In this document: positions 32,950 through 42,255 of the stretch, one piece after another
Layout: each line of letters begins with the position of its first letter
Position numbering within the stretch: position 1 is the stretch's first letter
Source: Actinomycetota bacterium
GTDB taxonomy: Bacteria > Actinomycetota > Actinomycetes > Streptosporangiales > Streptosporangiaceae
DNA length: 64,000 bases
Reading direction: 5' to 3'
Assembly: GCA_003164955.1 (NCBI GenBank)
Contig: PLRW01000247.1
Location: 81,403-145,402 of the forward strand
Position numbers and translations under genes: made by a program
The notes under the pieces: generated by a model
Seen by the model: only the letters and a program-made list of their open reading frames with translations
Told to the model about the DNA's origin: nothing
Databases searched by the model: none

Positions 32950-34145
32950 GAGGCCGCCAGCAGGGCCCGGGCGAGCAGGATGCGCTGCATCTCGATGCTG
33001 CCGGACGCGACGGTGGACGCCTGCGCGTACCGCCAGTGGTCCTGCACCGCGCGGCTGAACCTGCGACCGCCCGCGCCGGCGAGCCGGGCCAGCCCGGCCA
33101 TCTCCATGAGCACCTCGGCACTGTCCTGGTCGAGCTTGGTGACCGCGATCCGGTAGGCGGCCGTGTCCACGGGGCTCACCCGGCCCTGGCTCTGGAGCGC
33201 GAGCACGCGGTAGGCCAGCAACCGGGCCCGGCGGCAGTGCACGAGCATCCCGGCCCACCGGCCCCGCAGCTCCGCGGGAAGGTCGTCCCACCGGTCCCCG
33301 AGCGCCGACGGCGCGGCCTGCAGCAGGCGCTCGCACCGGGCGTACCGGGCGATGCCCACCCGCTCGAACGCCAGCACCTCCTGCACCACCTTCCAGCCGT
33401 CGTCCACCGTGCCGAGGACGTCGGCCGGGCCGACCCGGACCTCGTCGAGGAAGACCTCGTTGAGGTGGTGCGGGCCAATCATGCACCGGATCGGCCGCAC
33501 CTCGATGCCCGCGCGCGACATCGGCACCAGGAAGATCGTCAGCCCTTGCTGCTTCCTGGCGCCCCGTGAGGTCCGGGCGAGCAGGAAGCACCACTGCGCC
33601 ATCGTGGCGTAGGAGGTCCAGATCTTCTGGCCGGAGACCAGCCATCCCCCATCCCCCGCCTGCCTCGCCGTTCCTCCTTCGCCATCCGGCTGCACATCCG
33701 CCTCCACTGGGCGGGCCGCCGTCCGCAGCGACGCCAGGTCGGACCCGGCGTCCGGTTCGCTGAAGCCCTGGCACCAGATCACCTCGCCGCGGGTGATCGG
33801 CGGCAGGTGCCGGCGCTGCTGCTCCGGCGTCCCGTGCCGCATGATGGCCGGCCCCACCCAGTTGATGCCCATGTACTGCGCCCCCCGGGGTTCGTGGTGC
33901 GCCCACATTTCCTCGCGGACGACGGTCTGTTCCCACACCGAGGCGCTCCGGCCGCCGAACTCCTCCGGCCAGGCCAGGCACAGCAGGCCGCGGTCGGCTA
34001 GCAGGCCGCAAAATCGCTGCGCGATTTCAAGATCGGCCGGGTCCTCGGTGAACGCGCCCAGGAAGTCGGCGGGGATGTGCTCGCCCACCATGGTGCGCAA
34101 CTGCCCGCGCAGCGCGGTGGCGCCCTCGCCCATCCGGAAGTCCAT
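32946..34145 (-). CDS. acyl-CoA dehydrogenase (candidate alpha-type subunit)
   Basis: 399 aa from MDFRMGEG (ATG 34145, frame checked against the track). IWCQGFSEPDAGSDLASL, WLVSGQKIWTSYA, FLVPMSRAGIEVRPI. Confidence 0.85.
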   Translation of the reverse strand: MDFRMGEGATALRGQLRTMVGEHIPADFLGAFTEDPADLEIAQRFCGLLADRGLLCLAWPEEFGGRSASVWEQTVVREEMWAHHEPRGAQYMGINWVGPAIMRHGTPEQQRRHLPPITRGEVIWCQGFSEPDAGSDLASLRTAARPVEADVQPDGEGGTARQAGDGGWLVSGQKIWTSYATMAQWCFLLARTSRGARKQQGLTIFLVPMSRAGIEVRPIRCMIGPHHLNEVFLDEVRVGPADVLGTVDDGWKVVQEVLAFERVGIARYARCERLLQAAPSALGDRWDDLPAELRGRWAGMLVHCRRARLLAYRVLALQSQGRVSPVDTAAYRIAVTKLDQDSAEVLMEMAGLARLAGAGGRRFSRAVQDHWRYAQASTVASGSIEMQRILLARALLAAS

Positions 34146-34152
34146 GTTCGAC

Positions 34153-34188
34153 ACAATATGGCAATCATTTAAAGGATTGCTATATTGT
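34153..34188. promoter_or_regulatory. 36-bp near-perfect palindrome (candidate GntR/FadR operator) between the divergent ACAD operon and the regulator gene
   Basis: ACAATATGGCAATC-ATTTAAAG-GATTGCTATATTGT, arms matching 13/14. It begins 8 nt from the ACAD start codon. Confidence 0.5.
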
Positions 34189-34250
34189 CGGTACGTGAAC
34201 GTCCGGGCCGCCCGGCGGCTGGCTAGGCTCTGGCCCATGGCCCCGAAACC

Positions 34251-35072
34251 GTGCGCGAAAGGGTGGGCGTGACCCCGCGAAGCAGCCGTGTCCCGCAGCA
34301 CCGGGTCGCGGAGACGGTGGCCGCGGAGCTGCGGGCCCGCATCCTGGACAGCGGCGAGGATTTCGAGCTGTCCCCCCAGGAACAGCTCACCCGGGAGTTC
34401 GGCGTCAGCCCCCCGTCGATCCGGGAAGCGCTGCGGATCCTGGAGACCGAGGGGCTGGTGACCGTGCGGCGCGGCAGCGTCGGCGGTGCCGACGCGCACC
34501 GCCCGGACGAGGCGTCGGCCGCCTACCACCTGGGGCTCGCCCTTCAGGGCGCCCGCGTCACGCTCGGCGATCTGGCCTCCGGCCTGCAACTGCTGGAGCC
34601 GATGTGCGCCGCCGAGTGCGCCAGGCGGCCGGACCGTCTCGAGGCCGTCGTGCCCGCCCTGGAAGCCAATCTCGAGGCGGCCGCCGGCCTGATCGGGGAC
34701 GGGGTGGGGTTCACCGGGATGGCCCGGGACTTCCACGATCTCATCGTCGGGTTCACCCCGAACGCGACCGTCCGGCACATCGTCGGGAGCCTGGTGGCGC
34801 TCTGGTCCGCGCAGGAGCAGACCTGGGCGCAGGCGCGCGACGAACGCGGCGAGTACCCCTCGGAGGACGACGCCCGCCAGGCGCTGCGGGCCCATCGGCG
34901 GCTGGCCGAGGAGATCGCGGCGGGCCGTCCCGCGGAGGCGGAGCGGATCGCCCGGGCGCACCTCGCGGCCACCCAGGCGGTGGTACTCGCGCGATTCGAC
35001 GACGGCGTGGTGAAGGTGGCCTCCGCCCGCGCGCGCCCGGCCGTGAACGGGAGCCGCGGCACCCGGATCTGA
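34251..35072 (+). CDS. GntR family (FadR/FCD subfamily) transcriptional regulator
   Basis: 273 aa. LSPQEQLTREFGVSPPSIREALRILETEGLVTVRRGSVGG wHTH plus an all-helical C-terminal domain. Confidence 0.85.
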   Translation: MRERVGVTPRSSRVPQHRVAETVAAELRARILDSGEDFELSPQEQLTREFGVSPPSIREALRILETEGLVTVRRGSVGGADAHRPDEASAAYHLGLALQGARVTLGDLASGLQLLEPMCAAECARRPDRLEAVVPALEANLEAAAGLIGDGVGFTGMARDFHDLIVGFTPNATVRHIVGSLVALWSAQEQTWAQARDERGEYPSEDDARQALRAHRRLAEEIAAGRPAEAERIARAHLAATQAVVLARFDDGVVKVASARARPAVNGSRGTRI

Positions 35073-35155
35073 CGGGTCCGGCCGGCCGGTCCGCAGATCC
35101 CATCGGCCCGCCGATCCCGCCCTGGAGGCGGACCGATACGGGCCGGCGCGAGCGG

Positions 35156-35953
35156 TCAGCGTGCGGTCCAGCCCCCGTCGACGACGACCGTCTGCCCGGT
35201 GACGTAGCTTCCGGCGTCGCCGGCGAGCCACACAATGGCGCCGACGATGTCGCCGGCGGTCCCCTCCTTGGGCAGCACTGTGTTGCGGCGCAGGTACTCG
35301 GCGCCGCGCTCGCTCTCGTAGAGCGGGCCGGTGATCTCGCTGCGGAAGAAACCCGGGGCCACCGTATTCACCCGGATCGAGTGCCGTGCCCACTGCACGG
35401 CAAGCTCGGCGGTCAGGCCGGACAGGCCGGCCTTGCTCGCCGCGTAGGACGCCTGCGGGATCCCGGGGATGCCGACCCGGCCGCTGATGGACGAGACGTT
35501 GACGATCGTGCCCCGGCCGGCGGCGCGCATGTGGGGGAAGACGGCCTGCGCGAGCAGGAACGGGGCCAGCAGGTTGAGGTCCATGGTCCGGCGGACGGCG
35601 TCGAGCGGCTCGGACTCGGCGCGCTCGGCCGTGAACATCTTCCCTGCCGCGCTGACGAGGATCTCCGGCGGCCCCAGGCCCTCGACCACGGCCGGTACGA
35701 CGGAGCCGACCCGGTCGAGGTCGGACAGGTCGCAGGCGACGGCGAGGCCGCCGATCCCCGCCGCCAGCTCGGCCAGCCGGTCGCGGCGGCGGGCCACCAC
35801 GGCGACCCGGGCTCCGAGCGAGGCCAGGGCCCGGGCTACCGAGGCGCCGAGACCGGACGAGGCGCCGGTCACGATCGCCACCCGGCCGTCGAGGCCGAAC
35901 ATCCGTGCGGCGGCATCGCGGTCCGGCTCGGGACGGGGAGGCGTCGTCATCAC
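35156..35953 (-). CDS. SDR family oxidoreductase (FabG-like)
   Basis: 265 aa. VTGASSGLG, YAASKAGL, VVVDGGW. Confidence 0.9.
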   Translation of the reverse strand: MMTTPPRPEPDRDAAARMFGLDGRVAIVTGASSGLGASVARALASLGARVAVVARRRDRLAELAAGIGGLAVACDLSDLDRVGSVVPAVVEGLGPPEILVSAAGKMFTAERAESEPLDAVRRTMDLNLLAPFLLAQAVFPHMRAAGRGTIVNVSSISGRVGIPGIPQASYAASKAGLSGLTAELAVQWARHSIRVNTVAPGFFRSEITGPLYESERGAEYLRRNTVLPKEGTAGDIVGAIVWLAGDAGSYVTGQTVVVDGGWTAR

Positions 35954-37459
35954 TCAGGCCGTTCCGGGAGGCCGCTGCGGGTCGACGAGCTCGGGCAGCC
36001 GGGCGCGCTGCACCTTGCCCATAGCATTCACCGGCAGGGCGTCGACCTGGGACCAGATCTCCGGGACCTTGTACGGCGAGAGCTCGCGCCGGCAGAGCCC
36101 GGCGAGCGCCTCAAGGTCGAGCGCAGGACCGGCGCTCTCGACCACGGCGGCCACCCTTTGCCCGAGACGGTCGTCGGGTACGGCGCACACGGCGACCCTG
36201 GCGACGTCCGGATGCGCCGCGATGACCCGTTCCACCTCGAGCGGGTAGACGTTCGCCCCGCCCCGGATGATGACCAGCTTCTTGCGGTCCAGCACGGTCA
36301 GCCACCCGTCGCCGTCGACGGTCCCGACGTCACCCGTGCGGACCGGGCCGGGCTCCGGCGGCCGGACGCCGCCGGGCTCCCAGAACCCGAGCATCGGCCT
36401 CCATGTGCCCGCCCACGGGCCGGCCGCGGTCCCGCTCAGCCACAGCTCGCCCGGATCGCCGGCCGGGAGCCGGCGGCCCTCGTCGTCGTACGCCGCGACG
36501 TCATAGTGCGGCAGCACCTGCCCGCTCGTGCCCGGGCGCCACTCGCTCCCCGGCGGGTCGATCGACACGACGGTCGGAGCCTCGGTCAGGCCGTACGTGA
36601 CCCGCGGAACCAGCCCGTGCGCCCCGGCGAACGCCCGGCGCAACGTGTCCGGGGTGTCACTGCCCCCGCTCCACACCTCCTGGAGCGAGCCGAGGTCGAG
36701 GCACGGGCGGCCGGCGAGGTCGTAGAGCTGCGCCGGGGCACCGTTCCATACCGTGACGCGCCGCGCGGAGATCCAGTCGGCGACGCCGTCGGCGTCGCGC
36801 CGGTTCATCACGACGCAGCACCCGCCGGCCTGCGCGGTGAGCAGGGTGGACAGGACCATAAGGTTGAGGATCGTCAGCGGGAAGCTGTCGCCCTTCCGCA
36901 GCCCGGGTCCCCAGCCTCGGGTAGCCACCAGGACCGCTCCCGGGAGGAGCAGGTTGCGCTGGCTGTGCGCGACCGCCTTGGGCCGTCCCGACGTCCCGCT
37001 GGTGAACGCGATCCCGGCCGGCGCCCCGGCGTCCAGTTCGACTCGGGGGGCCGCCTCGTCGCGGGCCACAAGCTCTGCCCACCGATCGGGGTCGACGCAG
37101 TCCGGCGAGCTCAGCCGGCAGCGCGGTCCGGCCAGCACGACCGTCGGGTCGCAGAGGTCGTGCAGCTCCTGCTGCTCACTCACGGCCAGCGCCTCACCGA
37201 TACCCGCCCAGACGGCCCCGATCCGCTGGGCACCGTGGAAGGCCGCCACGATGTCCAGGTCGTTGGGCAGGCAGGCCGCGACGCGGTGGCCAGGGCGCAC
37301 GCCGAGCGACCACAGCGCTCCGGCGGCCCGCCGCGCCTGGTGGTCAAGCTCGGCGTACGACCATGCGCCGGAGACCGCTTCGATCGCCGTGGCGCGCGGG
37401 CGGGACGCGAGCGCGGCGTCCAGCACCCCGACGATCACGTCCGGAACGGTCACGTCCAT
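35954..37459 (-). CDS. AMP-dependent acyl-CoA synthetase/ligase
   Basis: 501 aa. FTSGTSGRPKAV, YGLTE, GDVG..D.DGWL...DRKK..I..GG.N..P.E.E, YKVP. Confidence 0.9.
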   Translation of the reverse strand: MDVTVPDVIVGVLDAALASRPRATAIEAVSGAWSYAELDHQARRAAGALWSLGVRPGHRVAACLPNDLDIVAAFHGAQRIGAVWAGIGEALAVSEQQELHDLCDPTVVLAGPRCRLSSPDCVDPDRWAELVARDEAAPRVELDAGAPAGIAFTSGTSGRPKAVAHSQRNLLLPGAVLVATRGWGPGLRKGDSFPLTILNLMVLSTLLTAQAGGCCVVMNRRDADGVADWISARRVTVWNGAPAQLYDLAGRPCLDLGSLQEVWSGGSDTPDTLRRAFAGAHGLVPRVTYGLTEAPTVVSIDPPGSEWRPGTSGQVLPHYDVAAYDDEGRRLPAGDPGELWLSGTAAGPWAGTWRPMLGFWEPGGVRPPEPGPVRTGDVGTVDGDGWLTVLDRKKLVIIRGGANVYPLEVERVIAAHPDVARVAVCAVPDDRLGQRVAAVVESAGPALDLEALAGLCRRELSPYKVPEIWSQVDALPVNAMGKVQRARLPELVDPQRPPGTA

Positions 37460-37467
37460 CTTGATAT

Positions 37468-37498
37468 CACCATCCTTGCAAGGATTGATAGGATGGTG
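37468..37498. promoter_or_regulatory. nested palindromes directly upstream of the acyl-CoA synthetase start
   Basis: CACCATCCT (37468-76) pairs with AGGATGGTG (37490-98). Inner perfect 14-bp palindrome ATCCTTGCAAGGAT at 37472-85. Shares AAGGATTG.TA with the 34153 palindrome. Confidence 0.45.
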
Positions 37499-37600
37499 TC
37501 ACATTGGCACCGTCCCCGAGTGACCGTTCGCGCCCGGGTTCGGCTCATGCCGGGGACCACTGCGGCGGCACACCGGCGCGCGAGTCGGCAGGAGACGGCG

Positions 37601-38794
37601 ATGAAGCACACAGGTCCGCTGTCCGAAGTGCGCGTGGTCGACCTGACGGCGATGGTCATGGGCCCGTACTGCACCCAGATCATGGCCGATATGGGCGCCG
37701 ACGTGATCAAGATCGAGCCCCCCGCCGGCGACAACACCCGCCATATCTCGGTGGGACCGGAACCGGGCATGGCCGGTGTCTTCGTCAACGTAAACCGCGG
37801 TAAGCGCAGCGTGCTGCTGGACCTGCGCTCCGGCGAAGCCAAAGCCGTATTGCGCGGGCTCATTAAACAGGGCGATGTGTTCATCCACTCGATGCGGGCG
37901 AAGGCGATCGCCAAACTCGGCTTCAACTATGCAGAAGTGGCCGCCATTAACCCATCGATCGTCTACACCAACTGTTATGGCTACGGCCGCCGCGGCCCGA
38001 ACGCGGATCTCACCGCTTACGACGATACTATCCAGGCGGAATGCGGCCTGCCGTTTGCGCAGGAGCAGCTGACCGGCGAGGCCAGCTATGTCGGCACCAT
38101 CATGGCCGACAAGATAGCCGGGCTGACGGCGCTGTACGCCACCATGATGGCGCTGTTTCACCGCGAGCGGACCGGCGAGGGCCAGGAGGTCGAGGTCGGC
38201 ATGTTCGAAACCATGGCCTCGTTTATGCTGGTCGAGCACGCCAACGGCGCGATGTTCAGCCCTCCCCTGGGTTCTGCGGTGTACCCCCGCGCGGTGGCAC
38301 CCAACCGGAAGCCTTATCGCACCAAAGATGGCTACATATCCGCGCTGGTGTACAACGACAAGCAGTGGTCCGCATTCATCAGCGCCGTACAGCCGGCCTG
38401 GGCCACCGAGCACTTCGCCACCCTTGAGCAACGAGCACGCCACATTGACACCGTCTATTCGCTTCTGGGCGAAACCTTCTTGGCGCGCACGACGAAGGAC
38501 TGGCTTGACCTGCTCCGGTCCCTTGACATTCCCGCTGCACCGGTCCGCACGCTCGACGAGCTATTCGACAATCCGCATCTGGGCGCGGCAGGATTCTTCG
38601 AGACGGTGGATACCCCGAACGGCCCCGTGCGGTTTCCCGGCATACCGGCCTGGTTCTCGCAAACTCCCGGCCGTATCGCCGGCCCGGCCCCCAGGCTCGG
38701 CGCCCATACACAGGAAATAATGCGCAAGCTTGGTAGGGCCGCAGCAGGGGAAGACCCCCTGCGGGACGATTCACAGCCGGACGACCTCGGCTGA
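37601..38794 (+). CDS. family III CoA-transferase (CaiB/BaiF)
   Basis: 397 aa from ATG 37601 (AGGAGA RBS). VRVVDLT..VMGPYCTQIMADMGADVIKIEPP.GD..R. Frame matches the long 34604..38794 track ORF. Confidence 0.9.
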   Translation: MKHTGPLSEVRVVDLTAMVMGPYCTQIMADMGADVIKIEPPAGDNTRHISVGPEPGMAGVFVNVNRGKRSVLLDLRSGEAKAVLRGLIKQGDVFIHSMRAKAIAKLGFNYAEVAAINPSIVYTNCYGYGRRGPNADLTAYDDTIQAECGLPFAQEQLTGEASYVGTIMADKIAGLTALYATMMALFHRERTGEGQEVEVGMFETMASFMLVEHANGAMFSPPLGSAVYPRAVAPNRKPYRTKDGYISALVYNDKQWSAFISAVQPAWATEHFATLEQRARHIDTVYSLLGETFLARTTKDWLDLLRSLDIPAAPVRTLDELFDNPHLGAAGFFETVDTPNGPVRFPGIPAWFSQTPGRIAGPAPRLGAHTQEIMRKLGRAAAGEDPLRDDSQPDDLG

Positions 38795-38825
38795 CGGTCC
38801 CGGACATAGTTGAAGGATCGGTGTC

Positions 38826-39992
38826 GTGGATTTCTCCCTCACGGAAGACCAGCAGAGCATCCGGGATGCGGTTCTCAGCCACTGCTCCCAGTTCTCCGAC
38901 GAGTACTGGCTCGAACGTGACCACGAAGGTGTCTTCCCGCACGACTTCCACAAATCCATGGCCGACTCCGGCTGGCTCGGCGTGGCCATGCCCGAGACAG
39001 TCGGCGGCGGGGGCCTCGGTATCACCGAAGCCGCGATCATGATGCAAGCCGTCGCCGAGTCAGGTGGCGGGATGACCGCCGCTTCCAGCATCCACGGCCC
39101 AGTGTTCAGCATGCAGCCGGTGGCACTGTTCGGCACCGAAGAGCAGCGGCAGCGCATGATCCCGCCCGTACTCAGCGGGGACGATCGCATCTGCTTTGCC
39201 GTCACCGAGCCCGACGCCGGCCTCGACACCACGAAGCTGAGGACCCGTGCGGAAAGGCGCGACGGCGGCTATCTGGTCAATGGGGAGAAGATCTGGATCT
39301 CCGTCGCCCAGGTGGCGAACAAGATGATGCTGCTGGCCCGCACCACGCCCCTGGAACAGGTGAAACGCAAGACGGAGGGTCTGTCGCTCTTTTTCACCGA
39401 GCTCGACCGGTCCACCATCGACGTTCGCCTGATTCATAAGATGGGCCGGCACGCCGTCGATTCAAACCTGCTGTTCATCTCCGACCTGTGGATTCCCGAG
39501 GAAGACCGGATCGGGACTGAAGGAGAGGGCTTTAAGATCATTCTCCATGGCCTCAATCCCGAGCGCATATTGCTCGGCGCCGAAGCCATTGGGCTCGGAC
39601 GGGTGGCGATCAAGCGTGCGGCCCGCTACGCCCGGGAACGCATCGTCTTCGACCGGCCCATCGGCATGAATCAGGGTATCCAGCATCCGCTGGCGAAGTG
39701 CTGGGCTCAGCTGGAAGCGGCCAATCTGATGGTCATGAAGGCAGCGACGCTATTTGACCGGGGCCTCGACTGCGGCGTTGAAGCCAATGCCGGCAAATAC
39801 CTGGCCGCGGAGGCCGGATTTGAAGCGTGCCACACCGCGATGCTGACCTTGGGCGGCATGGGCTACGCCCAGGAGTACCACGTCGAACGCTACCTGCGTG
39901 AAGTACTTATCCCGCGCACCGCGCCGGTAAGCCCTCACATGATCCTGAATTTCCTGGCCGAAAAGGTGCTGGGCCTGCCCAAGTCCTACTGA
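38826..39992 (+). CDS. acyl-CoA dehydrogenase
   Basis: 388 aa. FAVTEPDAGLDTT, GYLVNGEKIWIS, R.ARYARERIVFDRPIG.NQGIQH, GGMGYA.EY.VERY.RE. Confidence 0.9.
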   Translation: MDFSLTEDQQSIRDAVLSHCSQFSDEYWLERDHEGVFPHDFHKSMADSGWLGVAMPETVGGGGLGITEAAIMMQAVAESGGGMTAASSIHGPVFSMQPVALFGTEEQRQRMIPPVLSGDDRICFAVTEPDAGLDTTKLRTRAERRDGGYLVNGEKIWISVAQVANKMMLLARTTPLEQVKRKTEGLSLFFTELDRSTIDVRLIHKMGRHAVDSNLLFISDLWIPEEDRIGTEGEGFKIILHGLNPERILLGAEAIGLGRVAIKRAARYARERIVFDRPIGMNQGIQHPLAKCWAQLEAANLMVMKAATLFDRGLDCGVEANAGKYLAAEAGFEACHTAMLTLGGMGYAQEYHVERYLREVLIPRTAPVSPHMILNFLAEKVLGLPKSY

Positions 39993-40090
39993 CACACGGA
40001 AAGACGCCGGCCGGGGAGACACGAAACCGGGAAAGACACGGAACCGGAAAGACACGGAACGCAAAGACACGGAACCGGGAAATCAGGGAA
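39991..40090. repeat. purine-rich 15-16-nt tandem repeat, about 5 copies, in the ACAD / citE-like intergenic region
   Basis: GGAAAGACACGGAAC(C) at 40031, 40046 and 40061, with degenerate copies at 39991 and 40013. Ends 4 nt before ATG 40094. Confidence 0.85.
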
Positions 40091-40093
40091 GCG

Positions 40094-40987
40094 ATGACCA
40101 GCACCGCAGCAACCTTCAGGGCCCGCTCCTGGCTGTTCGCGCCGGGCGACAGCGAAAGAAAGATGGAAAAGGCCGCCGCCGGACCGGCCGACATCGTGGT
40201 CCTCGATCTGGAGGACGCGGTGGCCGAGGACGGAAAGCCCAGATCCCGGGCGATGATCTCAGCCTTCCTCATGGCTCAGCCGGAAGCGGACAGGAGCCGA
40301 TTGTGGGTGCGGGTCAACCCTCTGGACGGCCCCCATGCGCTGGCTGATCTGGCCGCGGTGATCCCGGCCGGGCCCGGGGGCATCATGCTGCCCAAATCAC
40401 GCGGCCGTGCGGATGTGGAGCTTCTCGACCACTACCTCTCGGCGCTGGAGGTCTCCGCCGGCATTGGGCAGCGTTCGACCAAGGTCATCGTCCTCGTCAC
40501 CGAGACCGCCGGGGCCATGTTCACCACCGGCACCTACCAGGGGGCACCGAGGCTCGTGGCCATGACCTGGGGCGCAGAGGATCTCGCCGATGCTGTCGGG
40601 GGCAGCGAGAATCGCAACCCGGACGGAAGCTATGGCTTTACCTATGAGCTGGCGAGAAGTCTGTGCCTCCTGGGTGCGGCTGCGGCCGGTGTCGCGCCTG
40701 TTGACACCATCCATGGCGATTTCCGCGATCGGGAAGGACTGCGCGCGCGAGCGGAGAAGGTACGCCGTGACGGCTTCCGGGGCATGCTGGCTATCCACCC
40801 GGAGCAGGTCGATGTGATCAACGCGGCCTTTGCGCCCACGGAGGAGGAGCTGGCGGCGGCCCAGGAAATCGTCGACCTCTTCGCCGCCCATCCCGGCGTG
40901 GGCGCCATCGGCTACCAGGGCGCCATGCTCGATCGTCCCCACCTGGCCCGCGCCCAGGCCCTGCTGGCGTCCGGGGGACGCGCGTGA
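40094..40987 (+). CDS. HpcH/HpaI aldolase - citrate lyase beta subunit-like (CitE-type acyl-CoA lyase)
   Basis: 297 aa. RSWLFAPGD..RK.EKA....ADIVVLDLEDAV, ...VRVN, M.PK, TE.A, WGAEDL, ..IHP.QV. Confidence 0.85.
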   Translation: MTSTAATFRARSWLFAPGDSERKMEKAAAGPADIVVLDLEDAVAEDGKPRSRAMISAFLMAQPEADRSRLWVRVNPLDGPHALADLAAVIPAGPGGIMLPKSRGRADVELLDHYLSALEVSAGIGQRSTKVIVLVTETAGAMFTTGTYQGAPRLVAMTWGAEDLADAVGGSENRNPDGSYGFTYELARSLCLLGAAAAGVAPVDTIHGDFRDREGLRARAEKVRRDGFRGMLAIHPEQVDVINAAFAPTEEELAAAQEIVDLFAAHPGVGAIGYQGAMLDRPHLARAQALLASGGRA

Positions 40988-42255
40988 CGGTCATTTCCGA
41001 GCCCGGCGACCTGGACCTCAGCCAGATCCTGCGCCCCGGCGACCGCATCGTCATGGGCCAGGCGTGCGGCGAGCCGGCCACGCTGGTGGAGGCGCTGATC
41101 GAGCAGGGCGGCGGTATCGGCGGGCTGTCGGCCTTTATCGCGACCAGCTTCTCCGGCCTGTTTACCCCGGAGGCGACGGATGGCTTTTCGCTGTCCAGCA
41201 TGGGAGCGATCGGGGCGCTCCGCTCGCTGGCCAGGGCAAACCGGCTCAGCGTGATCCCCTGTCATGTCAGCCAGATCGGCCCGATGATCGAGGCCGGGAT
41301 CATCGGGTGCGATGTTGCCTTCGTCCAGGTCAGCCCGGCCGATGCGGACGGGAACCACAGCTTTGGCCTGATCAGCGATTATGTGCAGGCCGCCGTCGCG
41401 AGGGCGCGCGTCGTCATCGCGGAGGTCAACGAGCAGGTCCCCTTCACCTACGGTGAGCTGCTGCCCGCCGCAAAGATCGACTGCGCGGTGCATGTCTCGC
41501 GCCCGCCGGTGCAGGTACCGCCGGCGGCCATTGGCGAGACGGACGAGGCGATTGCGAAATACGCGGCCGCCTATATCGAGGATGGCTCGGTCATCCAGAC
41601 CGGGGTCGGCTCCGTGCCGGATGCCATCCTCCGGCTGCTGCATGACCGCAAGGATCTGGGTGTGCACTCCGGCATGCTGGGCGACGGCCTGGTGGAGCTG
41701 GCCGAGGCAGGCGTCGTCACCAACGCGCGCAAGCGTATCGACAAGGGGGTCTCGATCAGCGGTGCCCTGATCGGCACCACGCGCCTGTTTGAATTCGCGC
41801 ACCGTAACCCGCAGGTCCGCATGTGCGCCACGTCCCACACCCATGATGCGGCCGTGCTCGCGCAGCTGGACCGGCTGGTCACCATCAATTCAGCGATCGA
41901 GGTCGACCTGACCGGCCAGGTGAACGCGGAGCAGAGCGGCCCGGCCTACCTTGGCGGCACCGGCGGACAGGTGGACTTCGTTCGCGCCGGCGCGCGCTCG
42001 CCGGGTGGCCACGCCCTCATCGCCCTGCCCGCCACCGCGAAGGGCGGCACGATCAGCAGGATTACCGTCAACCTGTCCGGGCCGGTCACCACGGCGCGCA
42101 GTGAGGTGGACGTGATCGTCACCGAGTTCGGAGCGGCCGAGCTCAAGGGCCAGACCCTGGCCGAGCGCGCCCGCCGCCTGATCGCCGTCGCGCACCCTGA
42201 TTTCCGGGAGGACCTGGCGCGAGCCGCCCGCACGATTCAGCAGAGGGGTTTCTAG
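40984..42255 (+). CDS. acetyl-CoA hydrolase/transferase family protein
   Basis: 423 aa. GGTGGQVDFVRAGARSPGGHALIALPAT signature. 4-nt overlap with the upstream gene. Confidence 0.85.
   Translation: MTVISEPGDLDLSQILRPGDRIVMGQACGEPATLVEALIEQGGGIGGLSAFIATSFSGLFTPEATDGFSLSSMGAIGALRSLARANRLSVIPCHVSQIGPMIEAGIIGCDVAFVQVSPADADGNHSFGLISDYVQAAVARARVVIAEVNEQVPFTYGELLPAAKIDCAVHVSRPPVQVPPAAIGETDEAIAKYAAAYIEDGSVIQTGVGSVPDAILRLLHDRKDLGVHSGMLGDGLVELAEAGVVTNARKRIDKGVSISGALIGTTRLFEFAHRNPQVRMCATSHTHDAAVLAQLDRLVTINSAIEVDLTGQVNAEQSGPAYLGGTGGQVDFVRAGARSPGGHALIALPATAKGGTISRITVNLSGPVTTARSEVDVIVTEFGAAELKGQTLAERARRLIAVAHPDFREDLARAARTIQQRGF

Noticed and set aside
34604-37600. The first ~1000 codons of the 1396-aa ORF 34604..38794
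   Set aside because: Only the last 397 codons (from ATG 37601 with an AGGAGA RBS) look like a real protein, the CoA-transferase. The upstream part runs out of frame or antisense through the GntR, SDR and ligase genes and is Arg/Pro/Gly-rich.
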